Virus record (IMG/VR): IMGVR_UViG_3300011008_002712
Strand: one strand, 5' to 3'
Length of the DNA: 64,000 nucleotides
Origin: a virus
Lineage: Duplodnaviria; Caudoviricetes
Positions within the stretch are counted from its first letter, which is position 1. Every line of letters starts with the position of its first letter. The notes beneath the pieces were generated by a model that ran no database searches, was not told the origin of the DNA, and saw only the letters and a program-made list of their open reading frames with translations. A program made the translations under genes and the position numbers. Of this stretch, positions 46,452 through 55,817 are shown piece after piece.

Positions 46452-47666
46452 TTGCAACAAATAGATGAAAAAATGAAAAAAGCTAAATTAGCGGCTGTTA
46501 GAAAAGCAATGAAAAATTTGGAAAAGATAACTAAAAAAGAAAATCTAGTCCAAATTTATGGTGAGAGTTCTCCCATCAAATATGAATGTATTCCAACTGG
46601 ATTTTTGACATTAGACGCTGCATGTACGCAATATGGTGTTCCAAGAGGAAGAGCTATTGAGCTTTTTGGTGCAGAAAGTAGCGGAAAGTCACTTATTTGT
46701 CAAAAAATCATGGCAGCAGCGCAAAGACAAGGTGGATTGGCTTGTTATGTTGATATGGAATGCACTTTAGATCCTGATTTCGCCGAAAAACTTGGCGTTA
46801 ACATGGACGAACTAATTGTGTCTCAACCTGGAAGCCTTCAAGAAGCATTTGTTGTTATTGACCAAATGGTAGATGCTGGAGTTGACGTTGTTGTATTAGA
46901 TTCAATTGCAGCTTTAGTACCTAAAGAAGAACTCGAAGCCGAAGTTGGAAAACAAACAGTTGGTCTGGTTGCAAGATATATGTCACAATTTTTGCGCCGT
47001 ATTACAAAGAAACTTGCAGATAAAAAATCAATTTTATTACTTGTAAATCAAGTGCGTCAAGCAATCGGTGTAATGTATGGAGATCCTACTACGACCCCTG
47101 GGGGCAAAGCGACAGCGTTTTATTCATCCCTTAGATTAAGAGTATCTCGTCCTGCAAATGGTTATATTAAGGTTAAAAATTCATCAGGAGAAGAAGAAAT
47201 TATTGGTACTACTGTAAGAGTAAAAGTAGTTAAAAATAAAACAGCTCCTCCTTATAGAACAGCAGAATTTAAAGTTTATTTTGATGGTCGAAAAGTTGAT
47301 GATTCAGATGAAATCGCAGATATTGCAATAGCGCGTTCATTAATTCCTCGTTATAATTCTAAAGGCGAATTAACTGAAACTGGTCGCTTTTATAAATGGC
47401 CAGACGAACCAGATTTCTTAGCAAAAAAGAAAGATGATGTTGCAGAACAAATTCGTAAATTCCCTAACGTTAAAGAAACATTACTCAAAATTATCAAAGA
47501 AGGTAGTTATGCAGAACACGCATATACTTATGGTGATAATGAAATTGAAGATGATGATTTTGATTCAATTGTTGATGAACCCGATGAAGAAGAACTTGCT
47601 AAAGAAATAAGCATTTCAGAAGCAGAAGGTGACAATGGGTTAGATTGGGGAGCAAGTGATGATTAA
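46452..47666 (+). CDS. recA: recombinase RecA
   Basis: IPTG, GVPRGRAIELFGAESSGKS, LIVSQP, DSIAALVP..E, ARYMSQ, NQVR, TPGG.A..FYSS.RL, KVVKNK.APP; acidic tail. Confidence 0.97.
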   Translation: MQQIDEKMKKAKLAAVRKAMKNLEKITKKENLVQIYGESSPIKYECIPTGFLTLDAACTQYGVPRGRAIELFGAESSGKSLICQKIMAAAQRQGGLACYVDMECTLDPDFAEKLGVNMDELIVSQPGSLQEAFVVIDQMVDAGVDVVVLDSIAALVPKEELEAEVGKQTVGLVARYMSQFLRRITKKLADKKSILLLVNQVRQAIGVMYGDPTTTPGGKATAFYSSLRLRVSRPANGYIKVKNSSGEEEIIGTTVRVKVVKNKTAPPYRTAEFKVYFDGRKVDDSDEIADIAIARSLIPRYNSKGELTETGRFYKWPDEPDFLAKKKDDVAEQIRKFPNVKETLLKIIKEGSYAEHAYTYGDNEIEDDDFDSIVDEPDEEELAKEISISEAEGDNGLDWGASDD

Positions 47667-47701
47667 AGAGGCGAATATTTGCCTCTTTTTTTATAAATCT
47701 A

Positions 47702-47730
47702 TTTACATTTATTGAGCAATGTGTTACAAT
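47702..47730 (+). promoter_or_regulatory. sigma-A-type promoter
   Basis: TTTACA-N17-TGtTACAAT. Confidence 0.7.
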
Positions 47731-47786
47731 AATTTTAAGAACTGCTTTTTAAACTTTTTCGTTTGTAAAATAGAAAGGACAAAATT

Positions 47787-47996
47787 ATGACAAATGGAGA
47801 TGTTATTAAAAAATTTTTTAACGTTACGGACATAAAATTCTATAGCAATTTAAGTGGATGGAAAAGCGTTGAAGTTAAATTTGAAGACGATAATTTTCTT
47901 GGAGGAGTTTACGCAACACATACATTTTCCAGAGAATGGTGGGATTCTGAAAATTTGCAAATCGTAGAATATCGATTAAAAATGATACAAAAATGA
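47787..47996 (+). CDS. small hypothetical phage protein (MTNGDVIK..F...WWD)
   Basis: 69-aa ORF with promoter and SD. Confidence 0.7.
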   Translation: MTNGDVIKKFFNVTDIKFYSNLSGWKSVEVKFEDDNFLGGVYATHTFSREWWDSENLQIVEYRLKMIQK

Positions 47997-48001
47997 GCTC
48001 G

Positions 48002-48559
48002 TTAAGAGCTCTTTTTATTTAATTTTGGATAAACGTGTTTGCCATACTGTTTGATGTTTTGCATAAAATCCCATGGATCCATGTTAATACATGGAAATCT
48101 CATGTATTTCCAGACGTTGATTATTTTATAATTTCCGTATTGTCTAAACAAATTTGCATAGTAATTTATCATCTCAAATTCATTTATAAATTTTTTTATT
48201 CCAACATAACTTTTCCAAGATGATTCAAATAAATAAACAAAGTCATTTAACATATAAGCTAACCATGTATGATTAGATTCATCTTCACTTTCAACATAGT
48301 AACAACATACCATTTCGTTACGCAATGCGTTTTTAGTATGGATAAATCCATGTTTCATAAACCAGATAATTTCATAATTAGTGTAATCCCAGCATGTTCC
48401 GATTTTATTTTTTAAGAATTTATTGTTGCTTAGTAATTGATAGTTTTCAAAATTATCAGTTTCAACTACATTTTTCCCGTTTTCATCTGGATAACCCCAT
48501 TCAAATTGATTTAATGTGTTATTCAATTTTTTTATTTCTTCGCATATATTGTTATTCAT
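48002..48559 (-). CDS. transglutaminase/papain-like Cys-His protein
   Basis: GTCWDY...NHTWL...YLFESSW. Confidence 0.6.
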   Translation of the reverse strand: MNNNICEEIKKLNNTLNQFEWGYPDENGKNVVETDNFENYQLLSNNKFLKNKIGTCWDYTNYEIIWFMKHGFIHTKNALRNEMVCCYYVESEDESNHTWLAYMLNDFVYLFESSWKSYVGIKKFINEFEMINYYANLFRQYGNYKIINVWKYMRFPCINMDPWDFMQNIKQYGKHVYPKLNKKSS

Positions 48560-48583
48560 TTTTTTCTCCTTAAAAAGGAACTC

Positions 48584-49111
48584 TTATTTGAGTTCCTTTA
48601 TATACTTTGGACAAACATATTCTACTAACCAAACATTGTTTTCAGATAGATAAAAATCAATATTATCGTTTAACATTGATTTAGAATCGATTAGAAGAAT
48701 AACGCTTTCTCCTTTTCTTCTATCTGCTACTTTTTTTGCCGTATCAATATCATTAGACAAATGAACATAAAGTCTATTCATTGGCTTTAATCCTTGCTTA
48801 TAAATAGAAGGCAAAAATTGTTTTTTAGTTCCATGATATAGCACAACTGGAGGAATTGATTTTTTTAATTGAACATCTACTTTTATAGAATGACCTTGAT
48901 TTGCTCTAATCTTAGACTTATCATTATTGAATGAATAACGTTTCTTGTTATCATTTTCAACGATGTATTCTAAATCTTGTACAGAAATTTTCATGCCTTT
49001 TATGATTTCGTCAACATTCGCCCACCCATACTTATCTAATTTAATATTAATTTTTTCTGGTTTGTGACGTAATACTAAAGCAAGAAATTTGCTCATTTCT
49101 GTATAGTCCAT
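48584..49111 (-). CDS. kptA: RNA 2'-phosphotransferase (KptA/Tpt1)
   Basis: SKFLALVLRHKPE, LDKYGWA, KKRY, IRANQGHS, LYHGT, GLKPMNRLYVHLS, SENNVWL. Confidence 0.96.
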   Translation of the reverse strand: MDYTEMSKFLALVLRHKPEKINIKLDKYGWANVDEIIKGMKISVQDLEYIVENDNKKRYSFNNDKSKIRANQGHSIKVDVQLKKSIPPVVLYHGTKKQFLPSIYKQGLKPMNRLYVHLSNDIDTAKKVADRRKGESVILLIDSKSMLNDNIDFYLSENNVWLVEYVCPKYIKELK

Positions 49112-49113
49112 AA

Positions 49114-49413
49114 TTATTTTACTCCAATCTCTGCATAAAACACATCATCAAGACAGTCATTAATTATTTTAATAAGATAAACTTTTTTAAATTGTTTTTT
49201 TAACGATGATACAAGAATTTTTAAATCATTAAAATAATTTTCCCAATCACCATTTCCATTTAATCCACCTGTTACTTCCACAATGGAATGCGTTTCTTCG
49301 TTTTCAATGATTTGAAAAAATTGAAGTTTAGTATTATCTAATGACGTATCTAAAATTGCTGTTTCAAATTTTCCCCATAATTCTTCATAAGAATATCTCA
49401 TGTTAATCCTCAT
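49114..49413 (-). CDS. hypothetical protein
   Basis: 99-aa ORF. Confidence 0.6.
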   Translation of the reverse strand: MRINMRYSYEELWGKFETAILDTSLDNTKLQFFQIIENEETHSIVEVTGGLNGNGDWENYFNDLKILVSSLKKQFKKVYLIKIINDCLDDVFYAEIGVK

Positions 49414-49414
49414 T

Positions 49415-50107
49415 TCAGTATTTAATAAAGAACCTAACGTTGTTTGATGTTATTAAATTTGGAACCCTAAACGTAATTAGTTCATCGCCTTTGCTATAAA
49501 AATCAACATTATTGTTTTCATTGAATTTTTCTTGCCAATCTTCTTCGTTCAAAATATTTGTCTGTGTATATGCGAAATTAAACAAATTTGGATATTTGTC
49601 TCTCATCAATTCATCGCCATTTGCTTCGATATATCCACTTGGAACCGAATGTGTTATCATTTGTATAATTGAACCCACTGGAGCAGAATATGTTATCGAA
49701 GTTGGAACTGACGGTTGAGATGGTGTGCTTGGTTGTATTCCCGTAACAGATTGCCCATTAATCAACAAATCGCCATTTAAACTAATAATGACCTTCTCAT
49801 TATTCCTGCCAGTAATAAATAAATTGTTTGTATCTAAATTATTGTTTTCTGCAACTATATAGTTTTTATTGTTTCCAGCAACAAATTTAATTAAAGAATT
49901 ATTGCTTTCTACTGTCAAACCAGTTGAATTTTGATTAGTTTTTATTTTTTGTTCTTTTAAATCTGTTCGCAAAAATTTTTCTATTGATAGTCCACAAAAT
50001 TTTAAAGCATTTTCTATAACGCCTACAACCTTATGAGTATGATTTTTGTCTGCTTTCTCAAGAATCATGTTATATAATTTTTGTAAGCTAAGTTCTTGTT
50101 TAGCCAA
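49415..50107 (-). CDS. tail-fibre-related protein with phage tail collar domain
   Basis: KADKNHTH; PVGSII....VPSGYIEANG..L.R.KYPNLF; TFRVPNL. Confidence 0.8.
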   Translation of the reverse strand: MAKQELSLQKLYNMILEKADKNHTHKVVGVIENALKFCGLSIEKFLRTDLKEQKIKTNQNSTGLTVESNNSLIKFVAGNNKNYIVAENNNLDTNNLFITGRNNEKVIISLNGDLLINGQSVTGIQPSTPSQPSVPTSITYSAPVGSIIQMITHSVPSGYIEANGDELMRDKYPNLFNFAYTQTNILNEEDWQEKFNENNNVDFYSKGDELITFRVPNLITSNNVRFFIKY

Positions 50108-50108
50108 T

Positions 50109-50654
50109 TTAAATCACCCGCTCTATTATTTCGTAAATCTCCTTCCAATTATTGGCTTCGTATGTAGATAACGAATCTGTATTGTAAGGATGATTCATTT
50201 TAATTGTTTTTATTTTATTTAAATAAAGATCGTGCAAATGCATTGGACAATCTTCAATCATGATATCTATTTTTTCTTTAATGCATGTTTTTACTTTATC
50301 GTGATTATCAAAACTTAAATAATGAAAATCATCAATAAAAAAATTATTTAATGATAACCATTCTAAAGTTGTTTTATAATATTTATTAAAATTTCTCGCT
50401 GTTATAATAAATATAACGTGACGTTTATTACTTAATCTATGTATAACATCTTGTACATCATCTAGAGGTTTGACATCATACACAAAGGCACGCTTATTAT
50501 TGATTTCAAATTCTTCTATTTGTTCTTTTGTCATTCCAGTGAACAACTCGTATTTATCATATTGAGGTTTTATTCCATACTGCTGTTCAAGTAATGGTTT
50601 TAACACTTCATCTAAATTATTCATTGTCCCATCTATATCAATTCCAATCTTCAA
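50109..50654 (-). CDS. HAD-family 5'(3')-deoxyribonucleotidase
   Basis: IGIDIDGT, IITAR, TLEWL, DIMIED, HPYN, NWKEI. Confidence 0.9.
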   Translation of the reverse strand: MKIGIDIDGTMNNLDEVLKPLLEQQYGIKPQYDKYELFTGMTKEQIEEFEINNKRAFVYDVKPLDDVQDVIHRLSNKRHVIFIITARNFNKYYKTTLEWLSLNNFFIDDFHYLSFDNHDKVKTCIKEKIDIMIEDCPMHLHDLYLNKIKTIKMNHPYNTDSLSTYEANNWKEIYEIIERVI

Positions 50655-50672
50655 TTCAATTCGTCCTTTCTA

Positions 50673-50701
50673 TTTACATAGTCTAAATTTTATGGTAGAA
50701 T
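50673..50701 (+). promoter_or_regulatory. sigma-A-type promoter
   Basis: TTTACA-N17-TGgTAGAAT. Confidence 0.7.
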
Positions 50702-50740
50702 TATAATATAAAAATTAAATAAAAGATAGGAGTTTTTGTT

Positions 50741-51589
50741 ATGTCCATTTCTTTGGGTGAACGCATGAAAATGTATGAACATGTTTATAGTTATAATTTG
50801 CCTATTCGTACTCCGTGCATTATACGTTGCGATGGTAAAGCATTCAGAACTTTTACAAAAGGATTCAAATATCCATTTAGTATTCTTCTAAGATATTGTA
50901 TGATAGAAGCCGCGAGGCATCTTTGCAAAAATGTGCAAAACACTCAACTTGCATATGTACAAAGCGATGAAATCTCACTTTTGATTGTAGAACGTGGTGA
51001 AGATACTCAAAATTGGTTTGGTAAAAGCATCAATAAAATGGTATCAATTTCTGCATCTATTTGCACAAACGGATTTAATAAAGCATTAATGAACGCATTA
51101 AACGATAAAAAATTCGTAAATCCATTTACCAATCAAGAAGAAATTTTAAATGATGAATATGTCAACAGATTAAAAAACAAAATTTTCACTGCTGAATTTG
51201 ATAGCAGAGCTTTTTGTTTGCCAGAATTTGAAGTGAGCAATGCATTTATATTCAGGCAAAGAGATGCTATACGTAATTCTATTCAACAGGTAGCATATGG
51301 GTATTTTTCAGTAAAAGAACGCCATGGTATTAAAACAAATATGTTAGTAGAAAAATTAAAAAATGAAAAAGGCGTAAACTATTATAGTTATCCAATCTAT
51401 TTGCAGAGAGGTGTTTGCTTATATAAAGAAAATTATATGTTACCAGAATCAAATGCCATAAGAACTCGTTGGACATTAGATCAAAATATTCCCTTGTTTG
51501 AAGAAAATAGAGATTATATAAATCAATATCTTGTTTATCAAGGAGATTTACAACAGAGTAATTGGAAGGGGACAAAGAATGTTCAATAA
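50741..51589 (+). CDS. Thg1-like tRNA(His) guanylyltransferase / 3'-5' polymerase
   Basis: LGERMK.YE, IIRCDGKAFRTFT, YVQSDEISL, FDSRAF, RQRDAIRNSI. Confidence 0.93.
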   Translation: MSISLGERMKMYEHVYSYNLPIRTPCIIRCDGKAFRTFTKGFKYPFSILLRYCMIEAARHLCKNVQNTQLAYVQSDEISLLIVERGEDTQNWFGKSINKMVSISASICTNGFNKALMNALNDKKFVNPFTNQEEILNDEYVNRLKNKIFTAEFDSRAFCLPEFEVSNAFIFRQRDAIRNSIQQVAYGYFSVKERHGIKTNMLVEKLKNEKGVNYYSYPIYLQRGVCLYKENYMLPESNAIRTRWTLDQNIPLFEENRDYINQYLVYQGDLQQSNWKGTKNVQ

Positions 51590-52364
51590 CATTAGAATTT
51601 TAGGTATGGGTTCTGCTTTTTCTCATGATTTTTCACCAACAGCATTTGCATACCGTGATAATAATACAATATATTTTATCGAAGCAAATCAATCAACTTT
51701 TGATTTTCTAAAAGATTCTCCCGATTTATCTAATGTCAATAATTATGTTTTTATGATAAGTCATTTTCATGAAGACCACATTGGATGTTTGGGAAATTGC
51801 ATTGCATGGCTAGTGTTTATGCTTAAAATTAACATTGATGATATTAAAATAATGACATTAGATGTTAAAACATGTCGTTCTTATCTTGGAATCACCATGC
51901 CGGCTTTTAAAAATATTGAAATCATTAAAAAAGGCTTTAAAGTAAATCATGCTGAGCACATGGTTTGCTGTGGTTTCGCGTTTAATAATATTGTATATAC
52001 TGGAGATTGCATTGAAACACCAGAAAAAATCATAAACAATTTCAACGATGGCAAAACCAATTTGATTACAGAATGTTCAATTTATGAAAATATGACCATT
52101 CATCAATATCTCCCCAATCTTCTTGATAAAATCAATTTTGAACATCTAGATAAACTCTTGCTTGTTCATCATGATTCTCTTGAAACATTTGTAAAATCTA
52201 TAAGCATAACGTTGGAAAAATTTTCTCAATTAGATGTTATTAACATAAACAAATTCAAACAATTTGTTTTGAATGAATTAGATATCTTACCAAAAAAGTT
52301 CGATAATGAAAGGCAACTTATTTATGATAAAACGATAGCTTTTATAGAAGGTAAAATAAAATGA
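51579..52364 (+). CDS. metallo-beta-lactamase fold hydrolase (RNase Z-like)
   Basis: ILGMGSAF, SHFHEDHIG, VNH, YTGD, TECS, LVHHD. Confidence 0.85.
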   Translation: MFNNIRILGMGSAFSHDFSPTAFAYRDNNTIYFIEANQSTFDFLKDSPDLSNVNNYVFMISHFHEDHIGCLGNCIAWLVFMLKINIDDIKIMTLDVKTCRSYLGITMPAFKNIEIIKKGFKVNHAEHMVCCGFAFNNIVYTGDCIETPEKIINNFNDGKTNLITECSIYENMTIHQYLPNLLDKINFEHLDKLLLVHHDSLETFVKSISITLEKFSQLDVININKFKQFVLNELDILPKKFDNERQLIYDKTIAFIEGKIK

Positions 52365-53080
52365 AAATTTTTGTATTAAGTAAAAATAGAGTCCCAGCAA
52401 ATGTAAATTTTTGCATTGCATATCATGGATTTAAAGAGATGGGATTTGAAGTTAAATTGTTTGAAACACGAGGAGAACTTCTTGGTGCTTTCAAACAAGA
52501 TATCGTTGTTGGTTATGTTGGTACTTGTAGATTTCAAATGGAGCGATATCATGTACCAATAGAAGAAATTAATTATCCGTTTGGTTCTGAAAAATATCTT
52601 GGAAGAAAGATATGGAGAAGTTCTTTAAATAAAATAAACAGCAATCCAGATTTGTGGCCAGTCTTTATTAAACCATTGAAAGATAAAGATTTTACTGGAG
52701 TCGTAGTCAAATCTCCAAAAGATTTAATTGGGTGCGGAGACGAATTTGATAAAGAAATTTATTGCAGTGAAGTCGTTGATTTTTTAGCAGAATGGAGAGT
52801 ATTTGTACGATATGGTAAAATTTTAAATATACGCAGATACAAGGGAAGTTATAATTGCGTTCCAGATTATAATTTGATAGAACAAGCAATATCTGAAATA
52901 ACTTTGCCTAATGGTTGTGCTGTTGATTTTGGATTAACAAAAGATGGCCGTACTTTACTAATAGAAGCAAACGATGGATATGCATTAGGAAATTATGGGT
53001 TATTCTATATAGACTATGCAAAGCTCATATCGGCAAGATGGTCGCAAATTATGGGATTTAAAGATGAATGCAATTTCTAA
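52361..53080 (+). CDS. R2K-clade ATP-grasp protein (DUF4343-like)
   Basis: YP....YLGRKIW, PVFIKP...K.FTG.V, SEVV.F..EWRVFV, DFG, LIEANDGYALG.YG. Confidence 0.85.
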   Translation: MKIFVLSKNRVPANVNFCIAYHGFKEMGFEVKLFETRGELLGAFKQDIVVGYVGTCRFQMERYHVPIEEINYPFGSEKYLGRKIWRSSLNKINSNPDLWPVFIKPLKDKDFTGVVVKSPKDLIGCGDEFDKEIYCSEVVDFLAEWRVFVRYGKILNIRRYKGSYNCVPDYNLIEQAISEITLPNGCAVDFGLTKDGRTLLIEANDGYALGNYGLFYIDYAKLISARWSQIMGFKDECNF

Positions 53081-53092
53081 GGAGACATCAAA

Positions 53093-53644
53093 ATGGTCAA
53101 TAAACATATAAAAAGAATAAATGAAATTGAGAAAGAAATTGCAAAATTAGAGCAAGAAGAAAATAGACTGAAAGAAGAATTACATAAAAATTTTGAGAAT
53201 ATTGGCTTTAAAGAAATCTTAACTCAAAATTATGATCGCTATTTCTTATCGCAATTAGAAACGAAAACTAATTTCTATCCATTTCTTTCAGATCATTCAT
53301 TTAGTTTGTATTCGCGACACAAAAATCTTTTTGATAAAAATGTCATTATTGAAGGAGTCAATGTTTTCATTTTATCAAATGATATTCATTGCAGCCATTA
53401 TGCATTATTTATTTTTTCTGTAGATAATATTACAGCTTTTCAAGGAATTCACATTATTTTAGGCAAGGCTTTCATAAAACATAACATAATTTTTTATGAA
53501 AAATTTGATTTAGATTTAGACGCCGCTAAAGAGGCGTTCATAAACAAATATTTCGCAGAAAATAAATTAAGCTACTCATTTGAATTTGAAGCTGCAAAAA
53601 TTTTAAAAGAAAAAGATAAATTGAAATTGTTGTACCATTTTTAA
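53093..53644 (+). CDS. hypothetical protein
   Basis: 183-aa ORF. Confidence 0.7.
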   Translation: MVNKHIKRINEIEKEIAKLEQEENRLKEELHKNFENIGFKEILTQNYDRYFLSQLETKTNFYPFLSDHSFSLYSRHKNLFDKNVIIEGVNVFILSNDIHCSHYALFIFSVDNITAFQGIHIILGKAFIKHNIIFYEKFDLDLDAAKEAFINKYFAENKLSYSFEFEAAKILKEKDKLKLLYHF

Positions 53645-53657
53645 AGGAGGATTTTAA

Positions 53658-54062
53658 ATGAATAAAGAAGAATTATTTGAAGATATCAAGGCTGTTTTTC
53701 ATAAAAATGAAACTGACTATGCTTATGGAGCTGGTTTTTCTAAACGTTGTGATATAAAATGTCCTGTTTCTGTGCATTTGAAACTTGTCAATGTTAATGG
53801 CGAATATGCTCTTTCTGTTCCATGGTGCGGTAAATATTATCAAGAAGCTGGTTGGGCTACAAGAATTCCATGGACAGATTATGAAAGTTTGATGTTTTCT
53901 AACAGTTCTGAAACTAGATTGAAAAAAGATGGTGAAGTTAACGGTGTCATGCGAGCCATTGGTCATTATTTTGATGACAAATATGATAATTCTGAATTGC
54001 AAAAATTGGTAAGACAATATTTGAATATGTGTGATAAATCGCATACAGTAAAAACTTTGTAA
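53658..54062 (+). CDS. hypothetical protein
   Basis: 134-aa ORF, aaggagg SD. Confidence 0.75.
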   Translation: MNKEELFEDIKAVFHKNETDYAYGAGFSKRCDIKCPVSVHLKLVNVNGEYALSVPWCGKYYQEAGWATRIPWTDYESLMFSNSSETRLKKDGEVNGVMRAIGHYFDDKYDNSELQKLVRQYLNMCDKSHTVKTL

Positions 54063-54088
54063 AAAAAATAATTTTTTCTCAAAACCTA

Positions 54089-54117
54089 TTTACAAATTCT
54101 GAATAACATGGTATAAT
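54089..54117 (+). promoter_or_regulatory. sigma-A-type early promoter
   Basis: cTATTTACA-N17-TGgTATAAT. Confidence 0.8.
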
Positions 54118-54179
54118 TTTATTAGAGGTTAGAACAGAAGAGAAACTCTTGAAGATATATCTTGTTAGGAGGAATTAAA

Positions 54180-54596
54180 ATGTTGAAGAAAGTCAACGAC
54201 GTTAAAACCTTTATTTTTGGTGGCAAAGCGGAATTTACTATCAAGAACGAAGTTTCCAATAACAAGTATAAATACAAGGTTAGCCGGAGTAAAACGATTG
54301 AAAACGTTTTCTTCGTGAAGGTTAAGGTTGGCAATGATTGGCAGTACGCTGGCTTTCTCAACATTAAGAACAATAACGCCAATTATGGCGTCGGAAAAAA
54401 AGGCACTATGGATGCCACTCATCCTGCTATCAAAGGATTGATGTATGCCATACATAAAGGGCATGCTGCTTTGCCTGAACCTATGATCATGTTCCATCAT
54501 GGCAAATGTGCTTGCTGCGGACGCAAACTTGATGATGATGATTCAATTGACCGTGGTATTGGTCCTGTCTGCTGGAAAAAATATGTTGTGAAGTGA
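54180..54596 (+). CDS. DUF6011-like Zn-finger protein
   Basis: F.FGGKA.FT; GKCACCGRKLDD..SI.RGIGPVC. Confidence 0.8.
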   Translation: MLKKVNDVKTFIFGGKAEFTIKNEVSNNKYKYKVSRSKTIENVFFVKVKVGNDWQYAGFLNIKNNNANYGVGKKGTMDATHPAIKGLMYAIHKGHAALPEPMIMFHHGKCACCGRKLDDDDSIDRGIGPVCWKKYVVK

Positions 54597-54641
54597 TTAT
54601 ATGGGAGGGTAAAACCCTCCCTTTTGAAAGGAAAGATACGT

Positions 54642-55028
54642 ATGTTATTAAATTCTTCAGCTCCTCAGCATGTAAAGTTTATAAGTTATGATGGGAAATA
54701 TCATAATCTTTAAAGTGGTATGTTGCATCTTAAAATAGACAATCAAAATTATTTGTTTTGTGCAATTTCTCTTAAATACAATACTTACGTTAAGAAGAAG
54801 GTAGACGCAATTAAATTTAAATATGGTAAATGCAAGATTTACGAAAGCTTTTGGAGTACTGGTAGCAGCTGCTGTTTTCGTGGTCATTACTCTGACCAGT
54901 ATGTTACGCATGGCGAATGGAATATTGATGTCGAATATCTTCCAGATGAAATTAAGCAGTATGCTCATGAAATTAATGAAATTTTCAATGAAAATGTCGA
55001 TTACAGATGCTGCGGTGGATGCATATAA
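54642..55028 (+). pseudogene. phage hypothetical protein interrupted by in-frame TAA (54711-54713)
   Basis: SD-preceded MLLNSSAPQHVKFISYDGKYHNL*SGMLHLKID... in frame with ORF 54720-55028 (...CCGGCI). Confidence 0.65.
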
Positions 55029-55085
55029 AGAAATCACTAAGAGCTCTAATTTTGGAGCTCTTTTTTATTGCTAAAATAAAATGAG

Positions 55086-55361
55086 GTGATTAAGATGTTT
55101 GATTTTCTAAAAAAATTGTTTTCAAACAATACACACAATGTGAAACAAACTCAAATTGCTGGAAACAATTCAACACAAATTCAAATTGGTGGCAGTGACA
55201 ATTATCAGAGACAAGATTTCAACAACTGTCATATTGAAACTATTTCAAAAAATAATCAAGTTTATATAGATTATAATGGTAATCATGTGGTTGTACCAGG
55301 AAATGAAGTTACCATTATAGAAGGTATGATTTTTGTAGATGGTGAAAGAGTAAATATGTGA
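55086..55361 (+). CDS. hypothetical protein
   Basis: 91-aa ORF. Confidence 0.65.
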   Translation: MIKMFDFLKKLFSNNTHNVKQTQIAGNNSTQIQIGGSDNYQRQDFNNCHIETISKNNQVYIDYNGNHVVVPGNEVTIIEGMIFVDGERVNM

Positions 55362-55632
55362 AAGAAATTTATGGAATTTTTTATTTTGAAAACTATGATG
55401 AAAATACGTTATATACTTATACTACTAAAGAATTAGCCGAAAGAGAATTGCAAGTCTTAAAGGCTAAAAATGATTATATCGGTTATAAAGGAAAAATAGA
55501 AAAATTTCTTTATATGAAAACGAGACAGAGTTTACTAAAATTCCAGAAATATTTATTATTCATGTTAATGTTAAAATGAAAAATAACAGCTTGGAAATAG
55601 AATTGTTTGATTATCGCATATTGTGCAACTAG
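55358..55632 (+). pseudogene. hypothetical protein, probable frameshift near 55510
   Basis: plausible protein continues in another frame (YENETEFTKIPEIFII...). Confidence 0.4.
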
Positions 55633-55756
55633 GGATAGATATAGATTATAAAACTGGAGATAGTAAGGAAATCAATTAAACAATTTCTTGAAAAGATTAC
55701 ATTTTTGTAGTCTTTTTTGTTTTGAAAAAATAACGTAAAAATTTTTGTTTTATCTA

Positions 55757-55785
55757 TTTACATTTGCAAAACAATGTGATATAAT
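55757..55785 (+). promoter_or_regulatory. sigma-A-type early promoter
   Basis: cTATTTACA-N17-TGaTATAAT. Confidence 0.8.
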
Positions 55786-55817
55786 AAATACAGAGGTAAG
55801 GAAAGGAGAAGAAAAAA

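Noticed and set aside
46452-47666. Intein or intron in recA (and in helicase or nrdD)
   Set aside because: Motif spacing is normal; the extra length is an acidic C-terminal tail.
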